From Diplonema japonicum (lineage: Eukaryota; Protista; Euglenozoa: Diplonemea): a stretch of DNA of 64,000 nt. How positions within the stretch are numbered: the stretch's first letter is position 1; each line of letters opens with the position of its first letter. Below are positions 10,773-21,488 of the stretch, piece by piece. Below the pieces are notes generated by a model. That model had not been told where the DNA came from. It made no database searches and saw only the letters and a list, made by a program, of their open reading frames with translations. Where the stretch lies: NCBI GenBank assembly GCA_964019335.1, contig OZ025656.1, positions 496,001 through 560,000 of the forward strand, given 5' to 3'. Made by a program: the position numbers and the translations under genes.

Positions 10773-11636
10773 ATGTCGCGAAAGAAATCGACAGTGAAAA
10801 GGCCCAGCGTGATCCCCGGGGAGAGCTGCAAGGTCCGCATGGGGCTGTGTGTGGATGGGGCTGAAGAGGAGGACACAGAGCTTGTATTTGAGCTGTTCAT
10901 GGACAGGGCACCAAAGAGCGCTGATAACTTCAGACAGTTGATCACAGGCGTCATGTCAGCAGACAAAAAGAACCCCCGCACCCTAGGCTACACCGACACG
11001 GCTATCTTCAGGTTCACGGACTACATGATGCAAGGCGGTGATGTTATAAACACTATAACAGGATTAGAAGGACCCCCCGCATCGGGGTGGAAAGGACAAG
11101 AATCGTCCTTTGGAGGGCTCTTTGAGGACGAAAGAACATGGGAAGCGTACGCTGATAAAGACGTTGGGTGTGAGGACGAAGGGGCAGAGGTGGGGGATGG
11201 AAAGGACGTGGATCAATGCAAGAAAATATGTCTTGAAAAGGGTTACGGGGGCTTCTCGATCCGAGGGGGAAAGGCACGGTACAGAAAAGAAACCCCCGAA
11301 CAACTCCAGGAGAACCTTGCTCTGCAGGAAGGCGTGACGCTTTACACATATAACGGACCGTCCACACCTCGCCATGTGTTCGGCTCCCTCTCCCTAGCAA
11401 ACTCAGGCCCAGACAGCAACGGGTCACAATTTTTCATATGTATCAAAACCTCCCCATGGCTAGACGGGCTGCACACTGTTGTGGGCAAGCTTGTCGCAGG
11501 TGACCTTCAGGCCATCCACGACAAGGTGTACCCACAATGCAACAAAGACGGCTTCACACCGACACCAAAGACGTGTTACGTTAAAAACTGCGCCGTTGTT
11601 CCAACATCACCAGAACCGCCTGCAGAAGTTTCTTGA
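10773..11636 (+). CDS. Cyclophilin-type peptidyl-prolyl isomerase with an inserted domain
   Basis: [40 protein letters not shown] and [10 protein letters not shown] motifs. Confidence 0.9.
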   Translation: MSRKKSTVKRPSVIPGESCKVRMGLCVDGAEEEDTELVFELFMDRAPKSADNFRQLITGVMSADKKNPRTLGYTDTAIFRFTDYMMQGGDVINTITGLEGPPASGWKGQESSFGGLFEDERTWEAYADKDVGCEDEGAEVGDGKDVDQCKKICLEKGYGGFSIRGGKARYRKETPEQLQENLALQEGVTLYTYNGPSTPRHVFGSLSLANSGPDSNGSQFFICIKTSPWLDGLHTVVGKLVAGDLQAIHDKVYPQCNKDGFTPTPKTCYVKNCAVVPTSPEPPAEVS

Positions 11637-11686
11637 AACATAGAACGAAAAAAAAAAATTTTTTTTTAACCCCACTTTTTTTTTTT

Positions 11687-12735
11687 GGAGGACAGCTAAA
11701 GATCGCCATCTAGCTTTCTGTATCAAGAGGGTAATTGCGGGAGGGATCCCCTACCTAAGTCCGTATGCCAGAGCAGGACCAAAGTGTGTACCCCCCACGA
11801 ATGAGGACGACGAGTCCGAGGGACGGAGCGAAGAAGAGGAAGATCAAAACGAGCCAGCGGCGCATGAAGGACAAGACGAGTCGGGATTTGAATGTGACCT
11901 CTGCCCGACCAAGCATGCGGACACAGTAACACTGCTACGCCACCAGCTGTACGAGTGCCCGCCAGCACGAGAGGAGCTGATACGGGAGGAGATGGAACCA
12001 CTGCGCGACAGGACGGGATGGCCGCTCTGCCTCGAGCTGCATGCCATCCTACCAAGGGGGAACGGGTTCGAACACCTGGAGAAGCTGCAGCGATACCTGG
12101 CAATGGTGGTGGAAAAGCGGGACGAAGGCTGATGCAGGCAGAAGGCGGCAACAAGAAGCTACCATGGGAGCGGGAAGTGACAGGCAAAGTGACCCCGGTA
12201 CCGACGACAGCACAGCTGGGGACAGTGGTGGGACTGCTGGAGCAATTCGGGGAACCACTACTGGAATGGATGGGAAAGCTGCGATGGGTGGAGGGCGACA
12301 CCGACTCGGAGGTTTCGGCAGCTGAACTTGCACTCGACTTTGAGGAGACAACCGGTAAGTCACTGGGAGTCTACAACATGCAGAGGAAGGCACGCAGAAT
12401 CAAGCTGTTGGTGGAGAGAGCCAACGCAGTGTGCAGAACGAGACGGATAAGACGCCCCTTCCCTGCGGACGGGGCAAAGAGGGTCAAGTCGCTCACAGCG
12501 ATCGGAGGCAAGGCTGCAATAGGCTTTAACAGGAGACCGATCTTCGCATCAAGACAGACAGCGCAAAAGCTACAGGAGTTGAAAGGGACATACAAGAAAG
12601 AACGCGTGTCGAGACTACGAAAAGCTTTAAAGGCGACAATAGGAACGAAGGCTATGCTCCAGAAGGGGAGCATTAATAGATAGGAACTCACACCACAAGA
12701 GGCTGTCCTCGAGTGGGATTGTCTTTTACTATGAG
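11687..12735 (+). mobile_element. 5'-truncated non-LTR retrotransposon (CCHC finger and C-terminal domain), related to the 2.5-9.2 kb element
   Basis: IKRVIAGG..CDLC..HQLYECPPAR..LHAILPRG..LQRYL, then a frameshift at ~12130, then LPWE..LRW..ELALDFE. Flanked by T-runs at 11676-11686 and 12736-12748. Confidence 0.85.
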
Positions 12736-12806
12736 TTTTTTTTTTTTTAGATTTTTATATAACAATCCTATATGAAGCCGTTTCCAGAAAGAAAAAAAAA
12801 AAGAAA

Positions 12807-13742
12807 ATGTCGGAAGCCGACTTAATGGCCCCTTTCAACCACATAGCGAATGTGCCCGGGAAGGGGTTTCGCTCGAAGATGATTGAGGCGTTCAACGTGT
12901 GGCTACAGGTTGAAGAGGAAAAGATTAAAGGCGTGAAGAGTATAGTCGACAAGCTTCACACGAGCTCCTTGGTCATCGACGACATAGAGGACAACTCTCA
13001 ACTGAGACGTGGTGTACCTGTGGCACATAGCATCTATGGCATCGCTGCCACTATTAATTCCGCAAATTACGTGTATTTCCTGGCCCTGCAAGAGGCAATC
13101 AAGTTGGTACCCCGTGAGGAGGACGTGAAATCACGCGAGCTTCTTGAAGCATTTACCGAAGAAATGTGCAATCTGCACAGGGGGCAGGGACGGGATATCC
13201 ATTTCAGAGACTCCTCTGTCGTCCCAAGTGAGGAACAATATCTCAGTATGGTGATGGACAAAACCGGCGGGCTGTTCAGATTAACCGTGAAGTTGATGCA
13301 ATTATTCTCCCGGTTTGACGGTGACTTCACGGTGCTTTTGAACAAAATGGGCGCGTATTTTCAAATTCTGGATGATTACCTGAACCTGCAAAGTTTTAGG
13401 TATCACAAGAGTAAGACATTTTGTGAGGATATTACGGAGGGGAAGTACAGCTTTCCCATCATCCACTCCATTCACGAATACAGCAAATTGAATGACGACC
13501 GGCTTCACAAAATCATCAGAAAATGTCCCGAGAGCGAGGATCTCAAGAAGTACGCGCTTTCCCTGATGTCCAAGACCGAGTCCTTCTCATACACAAAAAC
13601 AGCGTTGTCGAAGCTTTACAACGAAATAGTCGAAGAAATTGCTACAATTGGGCCAAACCCGCCCTTGTTGAAGCTGATGGAAAAATTACACTCGCAAATT
13701 GAGGAACAGGATGATGTTACTTCAGATGGGTTTGGGTTCTAG
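12807..13742 (+). CDS. GGPS1: Geranylgeranyl diphosphate synthase (type III, animal/fungal-like)
   Basis: PGKGFR, LHTSSLVIDDIEDNSQLRRG, LHRGQG.D, DKTGGLF, FQILDDYLNL and EDITEGKYSFP motifs. Confidence 0.95.
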   Translation: MSEADLMAPFNHIANVPGKGFRSKMIEAFNVWLQVEEEKIKGVKSIVDKLHTSSLVIDDIEDNSQLRRGVPVAHSIYGIAATINSANYVYFLALQEAIKLVPREEDVKSRELLEAFTEEMCNLHRGQGRDIHFRDSSVVPSEEQYLSMVMDKTGGLFRLTVKLMQLFSRFDGDFTVLLNKMGAYFQILDDYLNLQSFRYHKSKTFCEDITEGKYSFPIIHSIHEYSKLNDDRLHKIIRKCPESEDLKKYALSLMSKTESFSYTKTALSKLYNEIVEEIATIGPNPPLLKLMEKLHSQIEEQDDVTSDGFGF

Positions 13743-14143
13743 GAAGAGGAAAAAAGAAAAAAGGCAGGGTAAATTTGTTTCCCCTACTCGAGTGTATTGA
13801 TACCCTTTTAAGAAAGAAATTCGCTATCTATCTTTTACAAAGAATAAAAAAAAAAAAAACCCCCTCCTAGCTTTGGAATTAACAAAAAAAGATGAATAAT
13901 AGAGGAAAAAAAAGAAAATTGAGATTTTTTTTCCCCCGCCTTCAAACCCCTTTCCTTGTTTTTTTACGGCTCTTCCATCTATCTCAGAGGGGAAGGGGGG
14001 GGGGGAGTGGAAAACAACAATAAAAAGAAGAGAGTGTGAAGTTTGTTTCCCCCATTTATTTATTTATTTATTTTTTTGAACCATCTTTTTTTGAAAGCCT
14101 CCCCCCCCCCCCCCTTCTTTCCATAGGTAGGTACACAATAAAA

Positions 14144-14425
14144 ATGAATGACGAAGAGTTGAGCTTTAAGATAAATGTAGAGAAAATCGAGAAAAGCCAG
14201 GGAAACCGGTTAAGTGCCCCGTGGCTCCTGCAAGTGGTGAGCGGTGACATCAACGCTTCCCCCTGCCCTAGCCCATCAGTGTTGTCATGTGCCTCCGGTT
14301 CGGTCATTCCCAGCCCACAGGCAGGGGGTGGGAATGAGGCTGATAATTTTATAATAGAGCCCGACGACTGCTCTGTCTTTGAGGAGTATGACGACGGGAG
14401 TTCTAGCTCATCAATAGGCCTCTGA
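14144..14425 (+). CDS. Small hypothetical protein
   Basis: Coding-like composition between homopolymer-rich spacers; no recognised motif. Confidence 0.4.
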   Translation: MNDEELSFKINVEKIEKSQGNRLSAPWLLQVVSGDINASPCPSPSVLSCASGSVIPSPQAGGGNEADNFIIEPDDCSVFEEYDDGSSSSSIGL

Positions 14426-14766
14426 GTAAAAAAGTAGAAAAAGAAATATAAAAATAAAAAAAAAAAAAAATAATAAGCTAACCAAATGTCCTCGACAGGG
14501 CCATATGGCAGCCCCTCATAAAAAACAGTTTTTTTTTAGGCTTGCACAAACAATCAGCCGACTCTTTTTTCTTCTTCTTTTTTTTTTTCTTTTACGTCAT
14601 AGTATTTCTTCCGAGTACACCAACAAAAAAAAAAAAAAAATTAAAGAACCAAAAAAGTTTTTTTTTTTTTCATATCTCCCCCCTCTCATTATTTTTATTT
14701 GCCTCGTTTTTTTTTTTTTTTTTTTTTTTTATAACATGTTCCTCTAGGAAAAGGGAAAATGTCGAA

Positions 14767-15465
14767 ATGAACAAGTCTATCCTCATACGGACATGTGTGG
14801 CAGCGGGATGGTGGTTATGTCTCGCTGGGGCTGCCACACCGACAGCTACACTTAGAACACCGACGGTGAGCGGGACGATTAGGACAGAGACTATAACAGA
14901 GACAGTGGAGATCAACACGGGGGAACAAAACGAGTACTGGTCCTGCCAAGGTAGCCAGTGTAAGATACTCAATAATGATTTTCACGAAAGCAGCAGCGGG
15001 CTCTCCGCAACGGAAAAAGGGCTCATCGCAGGAATCGTACTCTTAGGCGTTTTGTGCATAGTGGTGATCGGCATCGTGTTTGTTCTACACTCTAAGGTAC
15101 ACCAGCTGATGGGACTTCGAGCGGAACTGGAGAAAGCCAATAAGTCGCGATATGAGGTGAAGCAAGAGCTTTCACATGCGGATGAAACGATAAAGGCGCA
15201 AGAGGCAGTTCTGCAATCTAATGTTAAAGAGTTGCAAAGTATCAATGGGGCCGGGCCCCCGGAGGGCACCTCTGCAAACCCTCTTGCAAATATACCCCAA
15301 CCCCCCTTGAGAACTACCGTGAGTGATTTCCAGACCCGGCTTGGGATTGTATGGGAAAGAAATAATAATAATAAAAAAGAAAAAAAAAAAAAAAAAAAAA
15401 AAAAAACACAGCTCGAGCACGAACTTTCTGAGCAACGCCGCGCCACCCGGCAAGCTTTGATCTAG
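14767..15465 (+). CDS. Type I membrane protein with a cytosolic coiled coil
   Basis: Signal peptide, Thr-rich ectodomain and TM segment GLIAGIVLLGVLCIVVIGIVFVL. In-frame A-rich intron at 15349-15411. Confidence 0.75.
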   Translation: MNKSILIRTCVAAGWWLCLAGAATPTATLRTPTVSGTIRTETITETVEINTGEQNEYWSCQGSQCKILNNDFHESSSGLSATEKGLIAGIVLLGVLCIVVIGIVFVLHSKVHQLMGLRAELEKANKSRYEVKQELSHADETIKAQEAVLQSNVKELQSINGAGPPEGTSANPLANIPQPPLRTTVSDFQTRLGIVWERNNNNKKEKKKKKKKKTQLEHELSEQRRATRQALI

Positions 15466-15845
15466 ATGAACATGCTAGATTCTGACAAAAAAATATATAT
15501 ATATTTTTTTATTTTTTTATTTTAAAAAGAGGAATGTGCTGAACAAGATAGGTTTTTTTTTGTAGTACTTCGATATAACAATAGATACCCCCCCTTTTTT
15601 TGTTCCCATTTTTTTTTTTTTACCCCCGTGTTTTTTTTTGTATCATTCTCTCGCCTTTTTTTCTTTAGCACCCCCCCTTCCTTCCCCTTTCAGAGTTAGA
15701 ATTATAGTATCCTTTTTTTGTTGCCTCCCTCTTCGCCCCCCCCCCCCCCCCCTTCTCCATTTTCCTGCATTTGTTATTAAAGGTTGACAATAGTTATTCC
15801 CCCCCTCTTTGCTAAGATCATGAATAGCTGAAAGAAAATCTTACC

Positions 15846-15898
15846 CTGGGAACTGGGCAGGCCTTGAATATTTCCCTGTCTTGAATGCCAGCAGAAGA
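15846..15898 (+). ncRNA. Candidate additional AGA-box guide RNA
   Basis: CTGG..CCAG closing stem followed by AGA. CTTGAATG begins 13 nt before the AGA. The left side of the pocket is unconvincing. Confidence 0.3.
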
Positions 15899-15900
15899 AA

Positions 15901-16493
15901 GCGGGTTAATGGACAGCCACCTTTGCTGTAAGGTGTGTTGTTGGACGTACTCTCGCAAGATGCATAGGACCATCGGTTCTTTCCACTATCCTTCCGAAGC
16001 GGGTTAATGGACAGCCACCTTTGCTGTAAGGTGTGTTGTTGGACGTACTCTCGCAAGATGACTCTCTACCGTGATACCTTTCTCTTTCAAACGAGAAAGC
16101 GGGTTTTAGTGACAGTCAAGACCGCACTCTCGCAAGATTCCTGAATCGAGTGACTTGTTCCAGTGACCTTTGTTTTTCACTTTTTTCGCAAACAAGATTA
16201 GCGGGTTAATGGACAGTCACCTTTGCTGTAAGGTACTTTGTTGGACGTACTCTCGCAAGATGCACCATCGGTTTTCTTTCCACTATCTTTCCGAAGCGGG
16301 TTAATGGACAGCCACCTTTGCTGTAAGGTGTGTTGTTGGACGTACTCTCGCAAGATGGCCAGATCTCCTTCTGAATCTCTTTCAGTGACTTATTCTGACT
16401 TTCGTCTACCACTTCTTCGTAAACAAGAAAGCGGGTTAATGGACAGTAACCTTTGCTGTAAGGTACTCTGTTGGACGTACTCTCGCAAGATTC
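15901..16493 (+). ncRNA. Tandem array of single-hairpin AGA-box (H/ACA-like) pseudouridylation guide RNAs: 5 full copies and 1 internally deleted copy
   Basis: 60-nt units at 15901-15960, 15999-16058, 16201-16260, 16296-16355 and 16431-16490; short unit at 16099-16137. Structure: GCGGG/CTCGC lower stem, TTAATG and GACGTACT pocket, GACAG-CACCTT/AAGGTG-TTGTT upper stem, terminal AGA 14 nt from the pocket top. Confidence 0.85.
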
Positions 16494-16634
16494 ACCCGTC
16501 AAAACGCGTTCCAGCCGGCATTTTTCCTCTTTTTTGAAGTCTGTTCTCACAATGCAGCATGCAGCCATCATGGCTATGCGTACCGTGTCTCGCGAGGAAT
16601 TTTCTCAAAGCTTCACCACAGGACACGAAGGAAG

Positions 16635-18315
16635 ATGTCGAACGAGCATGTGAATGAAATGGTGGAGGCGGTTGCGAAGAACGCCGGAAAGTGGGCGGAG
16701 GTGGATGACAAGAAGAAGCTGGTGTACCTAAAGAATGCAGCGGCGAAGGTTGATCAATTGCTTGACGAGTGGGGCATGGCCTGCACCAAGGCACGGGGCT
16801 ACGAGAACAAGCCGTACTTGGAGGGGATTGGGTACAACGTGGGGCCCGGGATGACCTCCCTGCACTTGCTGGGGCTCATCCGCACATATGAGTCGCTGGC
16901 GTCGACCGGCAAACCGCCTGCAGCAAAGTCGAAGAAGGTGGGTGACCAAGAAGTGCTCTCAGTGTACCCGATGTCCATCAGCGAGAAGCTTGTCCTCCCT
17001 GTCGACGTCGATCTGTGGCTTGAGCCAGGGAAGCCAGCCACTCAGGGCGCGTGCCGTACCAAAACTGGGACCTGCGGGATCCTGTCACCGGGCAACTACG
17101 AGGCGCCCATTGACATCCTGTACAAGATGTTCGTCGAGTCGCACGTGTGCGTCTACTCCCGCCATGCCAACGTGCAGGACTCCAACTGCTTCGTTGCTAA
17201 GATATTCGAAGACCTCATCGCCGACGGCTTCCTTGCCATCGTGGACCCTGGAGTCCCCAACGCAGTGGCTGTTGTTGCGCACGAGAAGGTCGAAGAGATT
17301 ATGATGACCGGCGGTGGCGCCACTTACGACAAGATCGTGTGGGGTGATGCCGAAGCTAAGGCAAAGGGTGAACGCAGGACCACCAAAACTGTCGAGGCAG
17401 AGCTGGGAGCTGTGTCCCCTTACATCATTGCGCCCTCCGATTCCTGGTCCGACAAGGACATCGAGCACCACGCGGGTGCACTGGTCGGGTTCAAGCTCTC
17501 GAACTCGAGTGCGGTGTGCGCTTCCCCGCAGCTCCTGATGGTGTCAAAGAAATGGAAAAAGAGAGAACAGTTCATGAAGGCGGTGATCAAAAAGATGGAA
17601 GACTCGCTGGCTGTGCCGATATTCTACAACGGGACGCAGGACAGGTGCGACGCTGCGGAGAAGGAGTACAAGGATGTCGTGAAGGTGTCGTGCAAGCACA
17701 ACGAGGAGGGATGCCTAAAGCCTATCATCATCAAGAACCTGACCGAGGAGGACGTGGGGACATGGTCCATGAAGAACGAGGCCTTCGCGCCCGTGCTGGT
17801 GGAGTTGGTGATCGACGCCCCGAACACGAAGGCCTTCATGGAGAAGGCACGTGATATCGCGAACTCGAACGATGTGTACGGCTCGCTGAGCTGCTCCGTG
17901 ATGCTGCACCCTAGCGTGGAGAAGGAGCTCGGTGCACCGTACGTAAATTCGTGGGTGCAGTCCATGGAGTGGGGCACCATCGCGGTGAACAACTGGGCGG
18001 CGCTGGGGACTTTCTTCCCCACCGGGATGTGGGGGGCGTTCCCCAAGCACAGCCCCGCTGACATCCAGTCTGGCATGGGCGTCCTAGGAAACTGCCTCAT
18101 GTACGATTTCCCTCAGAAGCAGGTATGTAGGTTTCCTAATCATTAACATAACCATACAGAGCTTGAGGTCGCCTTTCAAGGCACTGGGCCACCCGACAGG
18201 CGGCCCTTCGCAGGTCGAGGCAAACGTTTTCAAGAACGTTGCTAGCTACGCGGCCAGCCCAGGGTGCTGGAGGCTCACCAAGCTGGCAGGCTCTGCCGTT
18301 CGTGCTATGCTGTAG
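16635..18315 (+). CDS. Aldehyde dehydrogenase superfamily protein (2 exons)
   Basis: MTGG, catalytic EAELG, NSSAVCASP (Cys) and NEAFAP motifs. Intron 18123-18159 gives SLRSPF...AVRAML*. Confidence 0.85.
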
Positions 18316-18976
18316 GAGCGATTTCTTTGATTTTCGAAAGGCTCAAAGACACATGCTGAGAAACACAAAGCGCGCATTTGAAGTTGTGGTGATTTTTTTT
18401 CAATTTTTACACTCCCGGATCGTAGTGATTTTTTTTTGTCCCCTTCTCCTCTGGCAACGGGGTAGCAGTTTTCATATTTTTCTTTTGTCTGACCATTTCT
18501 TCTGCAGATGGCCCGTGGGACCTACGGGCAAAATCGCGCTAGAAAAGCAGGAGGGAACATAGGCCGAAAGAGGAGATGGTGAACAACGGAAAAAAAAGAA
18601 TCCCATTCCCATCTTTCATTCCCCCCTTTTTTATGAGTGTGTTGGATTAGCGTGTGCAACAGCTAGCAGCTTTTAAATGTTTATTCCCCCCCCCCCCCCC
18701 TGTGTCCTCATTTGATTGCTCTCATCACTTTTCCTTTTTTTTTTCTCTCCTTGCGATAGAAAAGCTACAAAAGAGGTCTGTCTTTCCCCTCTCTTTTTTT
18801 TGCAGTGAATTCTTCTTTTAGTTTCTATGTTACCCCATAGTGCATGGTGCTGGTGGGAGAAGAGATTCCCCTCCCCTCCCCCTGGCTTCTCCATTCTCTT
18901 TTTATACCCACAAAAGACAAAAAGAATAGTCACATCTAAGGTCGAAGGGGGGCAGCCTTTCCCTTGTCGAAAGATA

Positions 18977-19402
18977 ATGATCGCGTCCCTCGTGAAGGCG
19001 ATAACAGCATCTAGTCTGGCGTCTGTTGACCCGACAATCTTGGAAGATAGCAAACGACTGGGGAGCATTTTGCAGAACAGTAGTGTCATGCCACGGCCCC
19101 CAGTGGAAAGCGCAGATGAAGGGTTTCAAATAGACGAGATGCCATGGTTCATCTGGCTGATGGCAGCTATAGCAATCGTTGGGCTGTGTATATGTATCGG
19201 AATGACTATCATAGCACTGACAGCGCAGGAGCGTATCCTGAAGCTGCCCAGCGATTTTAAGTATAAAGAAACCCCTTCTTTTGACTCTCCCAACCCCAAC
19301 CCCACCAACCCCATCGATCATCAATTCCCGCAAACGGACAAGCAACCCCACCAACCGGAACTACTCCAGCAACCATCGCAACCCCCACCACCGGTCGTCT
19401 GA
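18977..19402 (+). CDS. Small single-pass membrane protein
   Basis: TM segment WFIWLMAAIAIVGLCICIGMTIIAL and a Pro/Gln-rich tail; start codon uncertain. Confidence 0.6.
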   Translation: MIASLVKAITASSLASVDPTILEDSKRLGSILQNSSVMPRPPVESADEGFQIDEMPWFIWLMAAIAIVGLCICIGMTIIALTAQERILKLPSDFKYKETPSFDSPNPNPTNPIDHQFPQTDKQPHQPELLQQPSQPPPPVV

Positions 19403-19466
19403 TGATATATCTATTTTTTTTTTTTTCTTCTTCCTCTATACACATCCAGTATTCTCGTTATTATAT

Positions 19467-19501
<35 letters not shown>

Positions 19502-19590
19502 AGCACGGGTAAAAAAGAGGGGGAAAAAAAAAAAGGAGAGGGGAGAGAGTGGGAGGGGGGGGGTAGGGGGAAAAAAAAAAAGAAAAGAAA

Positions 19591-21138
19591 ATGCCGGGCG
19601 GTTCGCTGTTGAAGTTGTACATATACAACAACACGATATCTTTGAAGGAGGAGCAACAGCATCAGAATGTGTTGTTCTACCACCCCGAGGTCCCGTTGGA
19701 TGAGCAGTTGATGGACATCGGGCTGAGCGCAGCGTTCGGTGGCTTCCACTTCAACTTCGACAACGACACTGGCATATCAAGCTGCTGCACAGATGGGTTC
19801 CAAATGGTGTGGTTTGAAGCGGAGACTGACTTCTGGATCGGCATCACCGTGCGAAGACAGCCTGAAAACGCGGGTTTTGTAGAGGACGCAGAGGCAACCG
19901 CATTGACGGCCTTACTGAAACAAGGCTATCGGTTGTTCAGAATGCAGTACGGGTGCATGTCGAAACACTTCAGGGAGACCCTTCCGGAGCTTCGCGACAA
20001 CCTGAAAAGCTTTTGGAAACCTTACATCCAATGGATCACGGGTCCCATAGCACAGGGTCTTGACTTGTACGACACTTTGGACGGTGTGGAGTACCTCCCA
20101 GTTGATAGGTCGGCGTACCTTAAAATGCAGTCTGTAGTGAACCACCTTGAAACCGAGTTCCCATCCATTCAAGCGTCTATGGTTATTGTTGACAATCTTC
20201 TCCTGTATACCGGGTTGAACTTGGACGATACACATACTTTGTACAAGTTCCTCTCGCGGCGACAGCGTACTACAAAAAACGCGTCGCCCATGGACAACGT
20301 TCTGTATCTGTGCCATCCCTATGCACGGGGTGACGAGTCTTACAGTGGGTTCCTCACCGCAACCTGCGGCGCTTTCGAACCGGGCAAAGGAACCCTCCGC
20401 AATTTTGTCTCTGAGAAGTTTAATATCGGGAAGAAATCGAGTGGTGCATATAAACCAATCAGCATATGGATAGGCCCACGGCATGAATCGAATTCAAATG
20501 GAAAAGACTTGAAGAAAACGACGCTGGTGGTGTTCCAGTCGCAGAGGATGATCTTGACGTTCTTGTGCGATCCAGACGAGCTGGCAAAGCAGACCGACAA
20601 GGACGTCAACGGGAGATTTTTCGGGGACCTGCACTCCTTCCTGACAGACACCTTGGCAAGGTCCTCGCAGTCAATCACTCAAAACATAACCAGATCCATT
20701 GTCTGGGACGAGGCATACCAATATATCTACTTCAACAGAATGAACCTCGCTTTAAAATCATCGCTGAAGAGGAAAGGTACTTTGAAGAAATTTAAAAAAA
20801 AAAAAGAAAAAAAGGTGCCGACGCGCAAGAATCCCTTCGGCGAGTCGAAAGGCTTCAAATTGGATTTGAAGATACCCCTGGGGTGTGTTGTGTTTTTGCT
20901 TTTTATTTTACACGACAGATGAAAGAAGCTTGGGTGCGGACAAAAGAAAACACTTGGGTGGTCGGGAGGAAATCTGGTATGGATTTGAAGGAAAAAAAAA
21001 GAAAACCACATTTTTTTTTTCTTGTCAGGAAGCCGTGAATTCTACTCCGTCTTTGAAGGGAAGAGCCACCTCACTGAGGCACACGAAGAGGTCAAACGGG
21101 TGAGCCAGGTCTTTTTCAACGGAATTTTTGTAGACTAA
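19591..21138 (+). CDS. CCZ1: Vacuolar fusion protein Ccz1 (Rab7 GEF subunit), 4 exons
   Basis: VLFYHP..IGLS, DGVEYLPVDR and YIYFNRMNLA motifs. Introns 20777-20814, 20883-20918 and 20977-21028 restore WVVGRKS..REFY..EEVKRV..FFNGIFVD*. Confidence 0.9.
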
Positions 21139-21488
21139 AGAAAGCCATCCACAACAAAAAAAAAAAATCTTTCCCTTCTTTCTTTGTTTTCTTCCACACA
21201 GTGTATTTTTTTTTCAGATGCCACCAACACTGCCCCAATTGTATCTCTTTTTTATTTCTTCTTCTTTTTGTTTTGGGGCAGACTTAAACACCCTGCGCTG
21301 CATTGGTGGCCCGACAGGACGCAGTACCACACGAATTGAAGACGAATTTGCGCGAAAAAACGCATACTTTAAAAGTAGAGACAAAGGGACGTTCCAAACA
21401 GGAACCTCCTTTATCTCATCTCTCTCTTTAAAAGAGAAAGCTTTGCCCCACCCCCTCCCAATAACTGACAGCACTTTAAAAAAAAAAA

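Noticed and set aside
14542-14766. Poly-Phe/Lys N-terminal ORF extensions (also 22416-22763, 19281-19749 and 46114-46398)
   Set aside because: These are translations of homopolymer-rich intergenic DNA.
15779-15843. Further pocket-like hairpin (AAGGTT/AATCTT with TAGTTATTC/GAATAGCTG)
   Set aside because: No AGA or ACA box after the stem and no recognisable target.
15901-16490. CRISPR array
   Set aside because: Repeats are 60 nt, spacers vary from 35 to 75 nt and are homologous to each other, and there are no cas genes. The context is eukaryotic and an AGA-box guide structure explains the conservation pattern.
19518-19570. G-quadruplex upstream of CCZ1
   Set aside because: G-runs are common in this homopolymer-rich background, so there is no specific support.
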